A stretch of 64,000 nt of DNA from an uncultured delta proteobacterium. GTDB lineage: Bacteria; Desulfobacterota; Binatia; UBA9968. Below the pieces are notes generated by a model, which was not told the DNA's origin, did no database searches, and worked only from the letters and a program-made list of their open reading frames with translations. Location: assembly GCA_963840855.1 (NCBI GenBank), contig CAWJBB010000069.1, forward strand, positions 56,290-120,289, read 5' to 3'. A program made the translations under genes and the position numbers. Below, one piece after another: positions 51,842-63,049 of this stretch. Each line of letters starts with the position of its first letter. Position 1 is the stretch's first letter.

Positions 51842-52783
51842 TTATATGTGCAACCGAGGTTTGTTCTCCTTCAACCACTGCGCGAGGCGCGCGATGCCTT
51901 CTTCGAGATAGATCGTCGGTGCCCAGCCCAGTTCGCGTTTGGCGAGAGAAATATCCAGCGGGCTGCGCAGGCGGTGGGGGGCGACTTCGGCGGCGTTGGG
52001 ATGTTGGCCGATTTCGAATTTCAGATCCGGCAACGCATTGCGAATCGCGCGAACCAGATCTTCACTGTTGTAGGCCTTATCCAGGCCGATGTTATAGGCG
52101 CGGCTGAGCGGTTTTTCGGTAAAAAGCGCGCGGCGCACCGCGTCGGCAACGTCGTCGATATAGATCAGATCGTCCAGCGGGCGGGTGAGAAAGGGCCGGC
52201 AGGCTTGGCCGAGAATACCTTTCTTGAGTTCCAGCGGAATGCTCCGATACAAGCCTGGGCCGTACACCGACGAGTAGCGCAGGGCGACGAAGTCGACGCC
52301 GTGTTTTTCTTTGTAAAAATTTCCCATCCATTCGGAGACTGTCTTCGCGGCGCGGTAAAAATAGGTCGGATAGATCGTCACCGCGTCGTCTTCTTTGACC
52401 AGGCTGCCGTCCGGTTTTTGCAGCTGGCCGTAGATCGACGCGGAGCTGGAATAGACGACGCGTTGGATCTTGAGATCTTTCGCCGCTTCTAAAATATTGG
52501 TCATGGCGTGATAGCAGTAATTCAACACGGTGGGGGTTTCGTCGCGCGGCGGATGGGCGGCGTGAAAGATATGCGTCGGTTTTTCCTTTTCGCAGAGGGC
52601 GCGGAAAGCCGCGCTGTCGGTGACGTTCATGATGTGACTGGACGCCCTTATCCCGAGCAGCGAGAGGTCCGGCGAGCGCGGCGCGACGTCGATGGGAACG
52701 ATTTCGTGACCGAGGGATTCCATGAGCAGTGTTGTGTGGGAACCGATAAAGCCGTTGGCGCCGGTGATCAGTATCTTTGCCAT
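51842..52783 (-). CDS. NAD-dependent epimerase/dehydratase (extended SDR)
   Basis: ITGANGFIG, SSSASIYG, YRAAK, VYGPG. Confidence 0.9.
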   Translation of the reverse strand: MAKILITGANGFIGSHTTLLMESLGHEIVPIDVAPRSPDLSLLGIRASSHIMNVTDSAAFRALCEKEKPTHIFHAAHPPRDETPTVLNYCYHAMTNILEAAKDLKIQRVVYSSSASIYGQLQKPDGSLVKEDDAVTIYPTYFYRAAKTVSEWMGNFYKEKHGVDFVALRYSSVYGPGLYRSIPLELKKGILGQACRPFLTRPLDDLIYIDDVADAVRRALFTEKPLSRAYNIGLDKAYNSEDLVRAIRNALPDLKFEIGQHPNAAEVAPHRLRSPLDISLAKRELGWAPTIYLEEGIARLAQWLKENKPRLHI

Positions 52784-52887
52784 TGACCTCCAAGTGCTGC
52801 GTCTAGAAGTCATTCTTCAAACCGTACGGATGAGTCGTTAAATCGTTCCTTTTCGATCGAATTCTTTAATTCCGCGATCAATTGCGT

Positions 52888-54207
52888 TCATGACCGCGCG
52901 GCGTCAACGCAGCCGCGAATCTCCTCCTCGGTGAGCGCTCTTCTCTTTACCGCCAATTCACCTTGGATGCGTTCCCAGAGCTCGGAAGGGTTTCTTCCGG
53001 AACGGTCATGCCCATTTCCCGCAGGCGCATCCTGAGCGTGTGGATGCCGGATTTAAGGTCGAGATGGCTCCGTCTTTCATTGCCGACCAGCTCCGGTCTG
53101 ACGGGCGCGAACAACAACGAATCGGCCTGCAAAAGAAAACTGTGGGTGTCGCTCGAGTCGTTGAAAGCGTAATTGCCCACCAGCGGCTTGTCTTTGGGTG
53201 TAGGCCATCGTGACAACTCTTCAAACAGCTTCGACAGGCCTGTCAGTCTGGTCAAGTCGACTCCTGTTTTGACGCCATAGAGAGCTTCTATTGCGACGAC
53301 CACTTCCGCCAAGGTGGCGTTGCCCGCTCTCGCCCCCGCGCCATTGATGGTGACATCGACTTGCGAGGCTCCAGCTTCAACGCCGGCTAGAGCGTTGGCG
53401 GTGGCGAGCCCCAGATCGTTGTGGGTGTGCATGCCGATGGTCAATCCTGGCGCTACCTTCTTGACTTCCGCGACCGCATAGCGACAAGCGGCGGGTCCCA
53501 TACTGCCCGCGGCGTCGACGAAGTTGAGCGCGTAGACGCCGGCTCTTTCGCACGTGCGTCCGAGATTACGCAAGAAATCAATGGACGCCATGGAAAAGAA
53601 ATTGGCGATGGGGCGCGGCCTGCATGCCGCGCCTTTTGATCGCCGCGGCCATCTGCTCGACGTACTCCAGCAGCGCCGCCTCGCTGTCTACTGCGGCCGA
53701 TCGCGCCACGGTCTCGGAGTCTTCTGCGACCTTCCTGGAAGCGGCGTAGATGGGTTGCCATTCCGGCAGAGGAAAGATCGTGTAGGAAATGATCTCGACG
53801 CCGTGATCTCGAGCCAGATCCATTTGCGCTTCCGAGCTGGCGCCGTAGAGTTGGAGCTTGGCTTTGAGTCTCATTTTACCCAGCCGGTCGAGCACCTTTA
53901 CGGCTTCGTCCGTTTCGCCGCCGGTTTTGGGCGCGAGAAACTGAATCACCGCGACGCCGGCTTCATCCAGAGCCGCCGCCAAGGTGGCGTATTCTTTTTC
54001 CCCGAAATAGCCCTGGGACGCTTCGCGCAGCGTGACGTCACAGATCTCCACGCGCTCGGGCAGGCTCATCGCGCCGAGCACCTCGGGCGCGAAATTTAGC
54101 GGCCCGACGAACCATTTGCCGGTTTGATAGGCCGGGGCGACTCTAATCCTGTCCAGGGCCACATGGAGCGCTTCCAAGCGAGCAGTTGGAATCATCGGTT
54201 TTGCCAT
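52888..54207 (-). CDS. DRE-TIM acyl-CoA condensing enzyme (LeuA/homocitrate synthase/AksA-like), frameshifts near 53600 and 52980
   Basis: DVTLREASQ, HTHNDLGLATANALA.VEAGA, G.G.RAGN, KPLVG..AF, split across ORFs. Confidence 0.82.
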
Positions 54208-54218
54208 GGCAACACCTC

Positions 54219-55754
54219 TCAACTTTTCATTTTTCGCGCCAGGTCGGCATCCGCTACGTTGATATAATCTTTTGGCGAAGGCTTCCAGACCAGGCGCCGC
54301 TTGGCCGCATAGATATCGATGGGGTTGTACAGCGGCACGATGGGAGCGTCGTCAAGCAGGATCTTGATGGCAGCTTGGAGGATCGGCGCGCGCTTCTCGA
54401 GATCAAAAATTTGCCGCTGCTGCTGGATCAAACGGTCGAATTGGGCATTCGAGTAGGAGAGTCTCTTGGAAACTCCGGTCTCAAAGTATTCGTTAAAAAA
54501 ATCGTCCGGGTCGACCACCGTTCCCCGGCCCCTGAAACAGATGGGACATTTCCCGGCCCGGTGCAGATCGTTGAAGATGCCCCATTCGGGAGTGTGAAAG
54601 CGGGTTTTGATGCCGACTTTCGCTAACTGTCCGGCGATCGCCTGAGCTATTTCCCGGTCCTTGGTGTAGCGCCCCGTCGAGGTGTAAAAGTCGATTTCAA
54701 ACCCGTTGGCAAAGCCCGCTGCGGTCAGGAGCTCCTTCGCCTTCTGAGGATTGTAGGAATAAGGCTTGAAAGATGGGTCTTCACCGAAGCCATGCGGGCC
54801 CAAGATGCCGTCCAGGCGATAGGCTTTGCCATCCAGGACGTATTTGATGAGAGCGTCTTTGTCGAGCGCGTAGTGAATCGCCTGGCGCACCAGCTTGTTG
54901 TCAAGCGGTTTGTGGGCCGGGTCGAGCAATAGGAAAATAATCCTTGCGCTTCTGGCTTCTTCGAGTCGGACCGTTGAATTTCCCCTCAGGCGATCGGTTT
55001 CGTGCGGCGGAACATTGGCAATCAGATCCGCCTGGCCAGATTCGAGCAACGCCAACCGCGCGGCGTCTTCGGCGACGGGTTTCCAAATGATGCGGTCGAC
55101 CTTGGCTGCTCCCCGCCAGTATTGCGGGTTTTTTTCAGCCACGACTCTTTCGCCGCGCACCCATTCGACAAACTTGAATGGGCCGGTGCCGGCCGGCTTC
55201 TTGCCAAACGTTGCTTCGTCGCCGGACTCCTTGGCGGCGGCCTCGCTCAGAATGTACGCGTTGTCGAGGTAGTCCAGAAGGGAGACCACAGGCTTCGTCG
55301 TTGTAACGACCACGGTGTAAGGGTCGGGCGCCTGTATCGATTGAATGCTCCTGGCGAGATTGATCTGACGGCTGAGCTTCGGGTCCACGGATCTCTTGAG
55401 GCTATAGATGACATCGGCGGCGGTCATTTCCACGCCGTTGTGAAATTTGACGTTCTTGTGCAGTCTGAAGGTCCATCCTTTTTCAGTGCCGGACCAGGAC
55501 TCCGCCAAGACGCCCACGTACCTTTTCTTGACAAAATCGTATTCGGCCAGAGGCTCGAGGAAATGGCGCCAGACGGCGTAATTCGCCGTCGTATTGTGCC
55601 AGTAGGGATTGAGGGATTCGAGATCGACGCCGTGGCCGACAACGACCGTTTTCCCCTTGGTTTGCGCGGCAAGCTTGGAGGCGGGCAGGAAACCCAGGTA
55701 GGCGGCAAAGAAGACGGTTAGACTAATGGCTGCGGCTCTTGACAAGACTGGCAT
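54219..55754 (-). CDS. Family 5 (DppA-like) solute-binding protein
   Basis: VKFHNG, PAGTGPFKF, VRQAI; paralog of the two genes at 34-37 kb. Confidence 0.92.
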   Translation of the reverse strand: MPVLSRAAAISLTVFFAAYLGFLPASKLAAQTKGKTVVVGHGVDLESLNPYWHNTTANYAVWRHFLEPLAEYDFVKKRYVGVLAESWSGTEKGWTFRLHKNVKFHNGVEMTAADVIYSLKRSVDPKLSRQINLARSIQSIQAPDPYTVVVTTTKPVVSLLDYLDNAYILSEAAAKESGDEATFGKKPAGTGPFKFVEWVRGERVVAEKNPQYWRGAAKVDRIIWKPVAEDAARLALLESGQADLIANVPPHETDRLRGNSTVRLEEARSARIIFLLLDPAHKPLDNKLVRQAIHYALDKDALIKYVLDGKAYRLDGILGPHGFGEDPSFKPYSYNPQKAKELLTAAGFANGFEIDFYTSTGRYTKDREIAQAIAGQLAKVGIKTRFHTPEWGIFNDLHRAGKCPICFRGRGTVVDPDDFFNEYFETGVSKRLSYSNAQFDRLIQQQRQIFDLEKRAPILQAAIKILLDDAPIVPLYNPIDIYAAKRRLVWKPSPKDYINVADADLARKMKS

Positions 55755-55813
55755 CGTTTTTTCTCCTCTCTCATCTGGACGGCGCCTCCAGTAAAAACCC
55801 TTTGTAGCAGCTT

Positions 55814-55980
55814 CTAGTGTAGTGTCTCAAAATTTCGTTTACAAAACCGAAAGGCCCGCGATCGTCATTCCCGCGAAAGCGGGAATCCAGAAGTCCCTGG
55901 ATTCCGGCTCGCGCTAGCTGTCGCCAGCTTGGCCGGAATGACATTTAAATAAGTCCCCCGATTAAGAGACACTACACTAG
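55814..55980. mobile_element. MITE (167 bp) with 15-bp terminal inverted repeats
   Basis: CTAGTGTAGTGTCTC…GAGACACTACACTAG, with an internal GTCATTCCCGCGAAAGCGGGAATCCAG hairpin set. Confidence 0.85.
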
Positions 55981-57330
55981 TTGGAGTTGCTCCGCAGCGC
56001 TTCCGTCAACGAACGCACTGAGGCTAGCTGTTCAAGATGAGCCACAGCATCGATGACCTTAGCGCGCTGCGGTCCCGTTAGTTTTTTGCCGGCGCATTGC
56101 TGGAACTTCTCGACTACTTCGTCCCAGCCTTGAAGATCCGGTGCCGGCAGAAGGGGCTCGGTTATCTCTTCCCCGGTTTTCAATATGACCCTCAGGGATT
56201 TTGCGTCGGAATGATGGTGAACCTTACCGATGAGTTCCATAATTTCGCGATCTCGAAATCTTTCGTCGGTAAAATCCTCCGGCGTCAGACGACCGTAGGC
56301 CAAGGCGACAGCGAGGCAGTACGCCATGCTAAATCTTCCTTCTTCTCCGCTCTGGGGCGAGAGCCTGAGCAGAGGAAAGGGTTTCAGGTGACACTCGATC
56401 CGCTCAACGTCGCCGGGCGCCAAGGGATTCTTGTGAAGTAGTCGCAGCATCGCCTCGACCGGCGCGTGGGTTGCTGCCGCCGCGGAATACTTTTTTACCT
56501 TGACTTTGTTTTTCTCCCAGTCAAATTCGCGGCCAAGGTTCTCGCCCAACCGGGCGAGAATATTTTCATCGAGTGGACCGAGAGCGGAAAAGAGGCCGTG
56601 GCTCCCTTCCAGCGCCGCTGTATCACCCGTGCCGCCCTCACGCGCGATGATCGCGCACGTAACCCCGGTGGCGGCCGCTTGCCCCGCTCTCAATGGTTTC
56701 GCCATGGTACCGCCGTCACGACCGAGCGCGCCGCAGGAGCCCGCCGCGAGACCGATGGCATTGAGAGTCTGGTTTACGGTCAGACCTAAGATCTTGCCTG
56801 CAGAGCACGCGGCGGCTACCGGTCCCAAAATTCCGTTAGCATGCCAGCCCCGGGCGCCGGGGCCGCTTCCCTCGAAGCGGTTGGCAAAAAGCGGATCCAT
56901 CGACATGCGCACCTCGCGGCCCGCGATGAATGCCGCGAGCAGGCTATGTCCCGACGCGGCCTCACGCTCGGCCAGAGCGGTTGCGGATGCAAGAATATAT
57001 GTGGAAACGTGGCCGCCGTCGTCATAGTCAAGTAGCGTGCGCGAGGGTAGCGTTGGCGAAGGCCGCGTCGCGGGCGCTGGCAGAAAGCTTCGAGCCCCAC
57101 AAAGTGCAGGGGCCACGCCACCCTTCTTGCTCCGCCAGCCGGAAGATTCTCTTTCCAGGGTCGTGTGTAGTCGCAAGAACGGCTACGCCGAAACAGTCGA
57201 GTATAGCGAGCTTGGCATTGGCAATGACCGGAGCGGGGATCTGATTTAGAGTTATGCCGGCGGAGAACTCGGCAAGTTTCTTTGACAGGTTGAGTGTTCC
57301 GCCCACTTGTGAATCCGTACCCACCATCAT
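55977..57330 (-). CDS. MmgE/PrpD family protein, frameshifted near 57035
   Basis: AKLAILDCFGV, ANATLAH, LDYDD, GWH, MAKP, FSM.YC.A. Confidence 0.85.
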
Positions 57331-57395
57331 GTATTATGATCGCCGGGAACTTTCTTGAGCCGTTTTGGACGATGCATGCTTCGCCGCAAACAGTT

Positions 57396-58454
57396 TTACT
57401 TCCAACCGAACAGCGTCTTGGCATTTTCCGACAGGATCTTCTTCTTGGCTTGGTCGGAAACATCCGTGCGCGCGCGAATGCTTGATACGGCCTCGGGGAA
57501 AAGGTTATCCGCTTCCGGATAGGCGGAGCCGAAGATAATCTGGTCCTCGCCGACGGTTTCCAGGACGTAGGGCAAGGATTGTTCATTGTAGGTGGTAGCG
57601 AAATACCAATTCCCTCCGGTGACGTGCGCGCTGGGCGCCTTCTTGAGCCACGGGGCCTCTTCCTGGTTTCTTCCTTCGAAGTCCTTATCCATTCGTTCCA
57701 TGAGAAAGGGAACCCAACCGATGCCGGTGTTGAAAACGCCGATGCGAAGTTTTGGGAACTTGTCAGGGATACCGCCGTACATCAGCGCCGTGCAGGTATG
57801 AAAAGTTTCCATCGACCCGCCCACCGTATCTTGAAAGAGAAAAGTATCCGCGCGCAGGTCCTGTCCCGGTCCCTGGTAGGAAAGATTGTGAATCAACAGC
57901 GGCACGTTGAGGCGTTCTATTTCCTGGTAGATAGGCCAGTAGGTCGGCGCTCCCACGTGCTCGGGGAGTCCCAGCGAAGAGAGCGCGATTCCCACCAAAC
58001 CGAGTTCTGTAACCGCGCGCTTGATCTCGGTGACCGCGGCGGCAACGTTCTGAAACGGCACAACGGCCGCCGCTTTGAGACGCGGGTTGGCTTTGCAGAT
58101 GCCGGCGATGTGGTCGTTGTAGCCGCGGCAATAGGCGATCACAAGGTTCTCGTCCCGGGCTCTGGCCGAATAGCCGGTGGGCAACCCGTTGCGGGGAATT
58201 TGGCTCAATAGCAAAGCGCGCGTCGGGAAGAGGACGGAAACGTCAACCCCTTCCTGATCCATGGCGCGACGGTAGTGATCCGGAGTCCAGTCGTCGGGCT
58301 TGATCCGGCCATATTCGCTGGCGTCCCAGCCGGTGGCCGGTAGCAGGGGACCTGCCTGATCGCTGTATGGGCTTCCCATAAAAGGCCGTACGTCGGAGTC
58401 GTCGGTTTTTTGCATGAAATGCACGTCAGCGTCGATTACTGAAAAGTCAGCCAT
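57396..58454 (-). CDS. Amidohydrolase_2 family protein with degenerate C-terminal active-site motif
   Basis: DADVH, LLIH, GSAYPE in place of SDYPH. Confidence 0.85.
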   Translation of the reverse strand: MADFSVIDADVHFMQKTDDSDVRPFMGSPYSDQAGPLLPATGWDASEYGRIKPDDWTPDHYRRAMDQEGVDVSVLFPTRALLLSQIPRNGLPTGYSARARDENLVIAYCRGYNDHIAGICKANPRLKAAAVVPFQNVAAAVTEIKRAVTELGLVGIALSSLGLPEHVGAPTYWPIYQEIERLNVPLLIHNLSYQGPGQDLRADTFLFQDTVGGSMETFHTCTALMYGGIPDKFPKLRIGVFNTGIGWVPFLMERMDKDFEGRNQEEAPWLKKAPSAHVTGGNWYFATTYNEQSLPYVLETVGEDQIIFGSAYPEADNLFPEAVSSIRARTDVSDQAKKKILSENAKTLFGWK

Positions 58455-58505
58455 GTTCTCCCTCCCTGAAGCTGCGGATAATATGTGGTCGCACGTCCCC
58501 GGCGT

Positions 58506-59576
58506 TCATACCCATCCGAATAAGCGCTTGCCGTTGTCGTGTAGAATCTTGCCCTTGGCGTCCTCTGAGATATCCGACCGGTCGAGCAGGTCGGCGGTGA
58601 AAGCAGAGCCGCTGTGCGGGTAGTCCGTGGCAAAAATAATGAGGTCTCCGCCGAGGCGCTCCAGGACGTGAGGAAGCGATTTTTCTTCGGGCTCGGCCGA
58701 GTAGAAAAAATTTCCTCCGGTCATGTACGAGCTGGGTTTTCTTTTTAAAAGCGGCGCGTCGGCGCGGCGCTTTTCCCACTTGGCGTCCAGGTAATCCATC
58801 CAGTACGGTACCCAGGCCGCGCGGTTTTCGAGAAAAGCAACGCGCAGCTTCGGATATTTCTCGACAACGCCGCCGTAGATCAAGGCCGCACAATCATACA
58901 ACGTCGCCACCGGTCTGCCGACGGTATGCTGTAAGAGGAAAGTGTCGGCGCGCCGGTCGCCCGCCGGTCCTTGAATGGAAGCGTGAATCATCAGCGGCAC
59001 GTTGAGTCGCTCCATCTCTTCATAAATGGGCCAGAAGGTGGACGAACCGATGTGCTCCTTGAGGCCGAAGGAAGAAAGCACGACGCCGGACAGATCGAGT
59101 TTGGTGACGGCGCGCTTGAGCTCAGCCACGGCGGCAGGGACGTCCTGAAAGGGGAGCAGGGCAACACCCTTGAGCTGTGACGCTTCACGACAGACACTCC
59201 CGATGTAGTCGTTGTAGGCGCGGCAGAAAGCGCCGGCAAAATTTTTGTCGCGCTGGGTTCCCACGTCCATCGCCCGGCTGGGGAAGAGCAGCGAATAGAC
59301 GATCCCTTCCTCTTTCATGACGGCCAAGCGTTTTTCCAGATCGTCGGGAGCGCGTGGCCGACGCCTGACGCGAACGTGCCACTCGTCCATGCCGAGAAGA
59401 GAGCCCTGCTTGTTGCGGTAGGGTTCCGGCATCAGCGGGCGCAAATCGTCATCGGTCTCAATGACATGAGCGTCCATGTCGTAGATTTGAATTTTTGATT
59501 TCAATGCTTCGCGGCTCTCATGGGCCGCTTCATGGGTTTGGTGTTCCACTACGCCTCCTTGTTCCTGCGGTTTCAC
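58506..59576 (-). CDS. Amidohydrolase_2 family protein
   Basis: DMDAH, MIH, GGV.EKYP.LR..FLE, ATDYPH. Confidence 0.9.
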   Translation of the reverse strand: MKPQEQGGVVEHQTHEAAHESREALKSKIQIYDMDAHVIETDDDLRPLMPEPYRNKQGSLLGMDEWHVRVRRRPRAPDDLEKRLAVMKEEGIVYSLLFPSRAMDVGTQRDKNFAGAFCRAYNDYIGSVCREASQLKGVALLPFQDVPAAVAELKRAVTKLDLSGVVLSSFGLKEHIGSSTFWPIYEEMERLNVPLMIHASIQGPAGDRRADTFLLQHTVGRPVATLYDCAALIYGGVVEKYPKLRVAFLENRAAWVPYWMDYLDAKWEKRRADAPLLKRKPSSYMTGGNFFYSAEPEEKSLPHVLERLGGDLIIFATDYPHSGSAFTADLLDRSDISEDAKGKILHDNGKRLFGWV

Positions 59577-59597
59577 GCTTGCTGGGCAAAAGCTGGG

Positions 59598-60599
59598 TTA
59601 TTTGCTGTACAGCTCGTTCATAGTCTTCTGGTGCTTGTCCGCGCCCGCGCGAGCTTGGGCCGACAGGAACCGGAGCTTCTTCCGATCGATATCGTCCTTG
59701 ACGGAAAGGTCGTCGCGCATAACCGAATTGCCGGTCTTGGCCATCAGTGTCTGTCCTTCTTTGGACAAAATAAAATCCACCAGCAGCCGGGCGGCGTTGG
59801 GATTGCGCGCCATGCCCAATATCGCAACGGTGTGGAGATCGGCGTAAAGCGGATCTTCGAGGCGTGCCCAATCAACGGGAAGGCCTTTTTCTCTGAATTT
59901 ATTGATGCCGTCGTGATTGAGCGGCAACGCCAATTCCACCTCGCCGCCGCCCAACCATTGCTGAACCATCAAGGTCGTGCCCCGTCCGGGCTTGGGGTTG
60001 TGGGCGGCGAACTTGCGTAGAAAATCCATGCCTTTCTCGGCGCCGAAGAAATCCAACATCGCATAGATCCAGCCGTAGTTGTTCAGATTGATAGCCGATT
60101 TGCCCTTCCAACGCTCGCGCAGTAAGTCAACATAACGCCTCGGGATATCGGCTCCGGTCACCGCGCGGTTATTGTACGCGACGGTCTGGATCGTGAAATA
60201 GACACCGCTGTAAAGACCGCGCTCCTCTGGCGGCCGTTCCCGCGAGGTGTATTTCTGAAAGATGGTCGGCACTTCCATCAGCATCAAGTCGAGGGAGTCG
60301 GCGCCGGTGAGAACCAGATCGGCATTGTCTCTTTTGCCCACCCGGCGCTCCGTCAGAATCTTGGTGACCAGGGTCGAACTCCCTTGCCGGTTAACTTCTA
60401 CTTTGACGCCGGGATACTTTGCGGAAAAGGCCTCGGCGAGCGGCTGCGAGTCCTCCACATTGAGTGAAGTGTAAAGCACCACCTGGCCTTCCTTTTTCGC
60501 TTCTTCGTAGGCGGCGCCGGAAGCTATCGCAGCGGAGAAAAGCATCAGCAGCGCGACCGCGCCGAAAACGCGGATGCCGCGGTTTTTCCAATCCTTCAT
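59598..60599 (-). CDS. ABC substrate-binding protein (Fe3+/thiamine-type)
   Basis: AKKEGQVVLYTS, DLL.ERWKGK, NAARLLVDFILSKEGQ. Confidence 0.9.
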   Translation of the reverse strand: MKDWKNRGIRVFGAVALLMLFSAAIASGAAYEEAKKEGQVVLYTSLNVEDSQPLAEAFSAKYPGVKVEVNRQGSSTLVTKILTERRVGKRDNADLVLTGADSLDLMLMEVPTIFQKYTSRERPPEERGLYSGVYFTIQTVAYNNRAVTGADIPRRYVDLLRERWKGKSAINLNNYGWIYAMLDFFGAEKGMDFLRKFAAHNPKPGRGTTLMVQQWLGGGEVELALPLNHDGINKFREKGLPVDWARLEDPLYADLHTVAILGMARNPNAARLLVDFILSKEGQTLMAKTGNSVMRDDLSVKDDIDRKKLRFLSAQARAGADKHQKTMNELYSK

Positions 60600-60621
60600 G
60601 ACACGTCTCCTTCGAACACTG

Positions 60622-61633
60622 CTATTTGGTAAACAATGCCACCATCATCTTGTCGTACTCCTCGACGTTGGCGCGCGCCTCCGGGCCGACGACACGAAGA
60701 GTCTTGCGATCGAATTGATACTTTGTCGGCACATCATCGCGCACCGTGGTCTTGTCCAGCTCGGCCAGGATGGTTTGACCCTCCTTGGAGACAATAAAGT
60801 CGACCAGCAGCCGCGCCGCGTTGGGACGTTGCGCATTTCCCAAAATGCCAATGCCGTGCACATCCGCATAGAGGGGGTCCTGAATATTCGACAATGCTAC
60901 CGGCGCCTTTTTGTTGATAAAGGCGATCACGCCGTCGTGGTTCAGCGCTACGCCGATCTCTGCGTCTCCGGCAATGACACTTTGCATGAGCAAGGTGGTG
61001 CCGCGGTATGCGCGAGGGTTCAGCGCGGCGAGCTTTTTTAGAAAGTCCGAGCCTTTATCCTTGCCGAAAAAGTCCAACATGGAATAAATCCACGTCGGAT
61101 TACCCAAGTTGACGGCGAACTTGCCGCGCCAGCGCTCCTGGAGCAGGTCCTGGTAGCGCCGTGGCGCCGTGTCCGCGCCAAGCAAGTTCTTGTTGTAGGC
61201 GATGCTGTGAACGCTCATGTAGGTCGCGGTCCAGAAATCCCCTTTTTCGGCCTTCCACTCCGCCGAGTTGTATTTCTGGAAAATTCCCCGGGTTTGCAGC
61301 AGGTCGAGATACTCCGCTCCAACCAGGACAACGTCCGCAACGTCTTTGCCGGCGCGGCGCTCGGTGAGGACTTTTTGCAGGACGCTGTTGGCGCTTTGAC
61401 GATTGACGTTCACGTCGACGCCGGGATACTTTTTTGTGAACGCCGCTATTATCTTCTCGTTGTCCGCCACATTGAGCGAGGTGTACCACACCGCCTGCTT
61501 TTCGCTTTTAGCTGCCTCGTACCAGTCGCTGGCAAAGACTATTTGTGGGTTGGAAAAGCGCAGCACAAAGTAGGGGGAGATGCAAAACGAAAAATAGCAA
61601 AATGAGTTTTTTCGGGCCTGCGCGCAAGATCAT
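60622..61633 (-). CDS. ABC substrate-binding protein (Fe3+/thiamine-type), frameshift in the signal peptide
   Basis: Tandem paralog of 59598-60599. The AAGGAGG + ATG at 61633 is out of frame with the body. Confidence 0.85.
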
Positions 61634-61682
61634 GGGTTTCCTCCTTCAGAAAGCTTCCTCAGAAAAGAAGCCAAAGGACAAA

Positions 61683-63014
61683 TTACGTTCTTAGTAAATT
61701 CGTGAGTTCCGTGACCGACCGTAGCTCTTCCAGACGCATGACATGATCGGCAATTGCCCGTGTCCGTTCCGGTGAAAAAACCCGGCTCACCGATTGGGCG
61801 AATTTTTCGCTGATTTGCGACTGCTCCGTGAGATTGGTTGGCGGTTGGAAAGTCTCCGACAATTTTTTGCCGTTCTTTAGAGTTACGGTGAGAACGTCTT
61901 CCTTGGGCAGGTGGCGGGTGCGACCGATCAACTCTTGAATCCGCGGCTCGTGCAACCGATGATCGGTAAAATCGTCCGGCGTGACGTCGCCATACACTAA
62001 TGCCACCGCCAAACAGAAAGGCATGCTGAATCTTCCTTCATAACCGCGCGTGGGTTTGGCGCGCACCAGCGGATAGGAACGCAGGTCGCACTCCATTGCT
62101 TCGACGTCACCTGGAGCAATTTTGTCACGCTGCACCAGGCGCAGCATCGCTTCAAGGCCGGAGTGCGTCGCGGTGCAGGAGGCAAAGGGCTTGATTCTGA
62201 GGCTATGGCCTAGATCCCAAACCGCACCAAGGTCTTTCCCCAGGGATACGAGAATCTGTTCGCTCAGAGGACCTACGGCTTCCAAAAGCCCGTAGCGCTC
62301 TTCCAGGGCGGTCTCATCGCTGGTGAATCCTTCTCGCGCCAGCAGTGCAGATGTTACGCCTGTCGTCGCCGCATGGCCGCAACGAAACGGCTTTGCCATG
62401 GTGCCGCCGTCGCGGGTGAGCGCGCCGCAGGATCCAGCCGCGAGCCCGAGGGCAGCTAAAGTCTGTTTCGCATCGAGCTTGAGCACTTTACTGGCGCAGC
62501 ACGCCGCCGCGATGGGACCGAGAATACCGTTAGAATGCCAGCCGCGTGCTCCAGGGCCGATACCGCTGCCACGATGGGAAAAAATGCTATCGAGACTTGC
62601 CCTTACTTCACGTCCGACGATAAAAGCTTCCAAGGCTTCACGGCCGCCGGCGTTGGCGTCTTCAGTCAACGCGATCGACGACGCCAGCGTGTAGGTCGTC
62701 GAATGATTGCGGTCGTCATAATCGAGTCCATGCGCCAGTGTGCCGTTTAACAGGGCGGCGTCCCGGGCATTGCTTTGGATCTCCATGCCCCAGACCGTAC
62801 AATTACCCGACGCGACATTGGCCCGAGCAAACCTGCGCAGACAGTCGCCAATTTCCTGTGTCCCGGCTAAGACGGCGACACCAAGACAGTCCAAGATCGC
62901 CAGCTTGGCATTCGCCACGACGGATGCCGGCGCTTGCTCTAAACGAAAACCGTGGCTGAAACCCGCAATCTTACGGGAAAGATCGAGAATTGAGGGGTGA
63001 AGAGTGTCGTTCAT
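61683..63014 (-). CDS. MmgE/PrpD family protein
   Basis: NGTLAHGLDYDD, GWH, MAKPF, KPFASC..TH, FSMPFC. Confidence 0.92.
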   Translation of the reverse strand: MNDTLHPSILDLSRKIAGFSHGFRLEQAPASVVANAKLAILDCLGVAVLAGTQEIGDCLRRFARANVASGNCTVWGMEIQSNARDAALLNGTLAHGLDYDDRNHSTTYTLASSIALTEDANAGGREALEAFIVGREVRASLDSIFSHRGSGIGPGARGWHSNGILGPIAAACCASKVLKLDAKQTLAALGLAAGSCGALTRDGGTMAKPFRCGHAATTGVTSALLAREGFTSDETALEERYGLLEAVGPLSEQILVSLGKDLGAVWDLGHSLRIKPFASCTATHSGLEAMLRLVQRDKIAPGDVEAMECDLRSYPLVRAKPTRGYEGRFSMPFCLAVALVYGDVTPDDFTDHRLHEPRIQELIGRTRHLPKEDVLTVTLKNGKKLSETFQPPTNLTEQSQISEKFAQSVSRVFSPERTRAIADHVMRLEELRSVTELTNLLRT

Positions 63015-63049
63015 TATTGACCTCGAATTCATGCGCGGTGGCGACGGGA

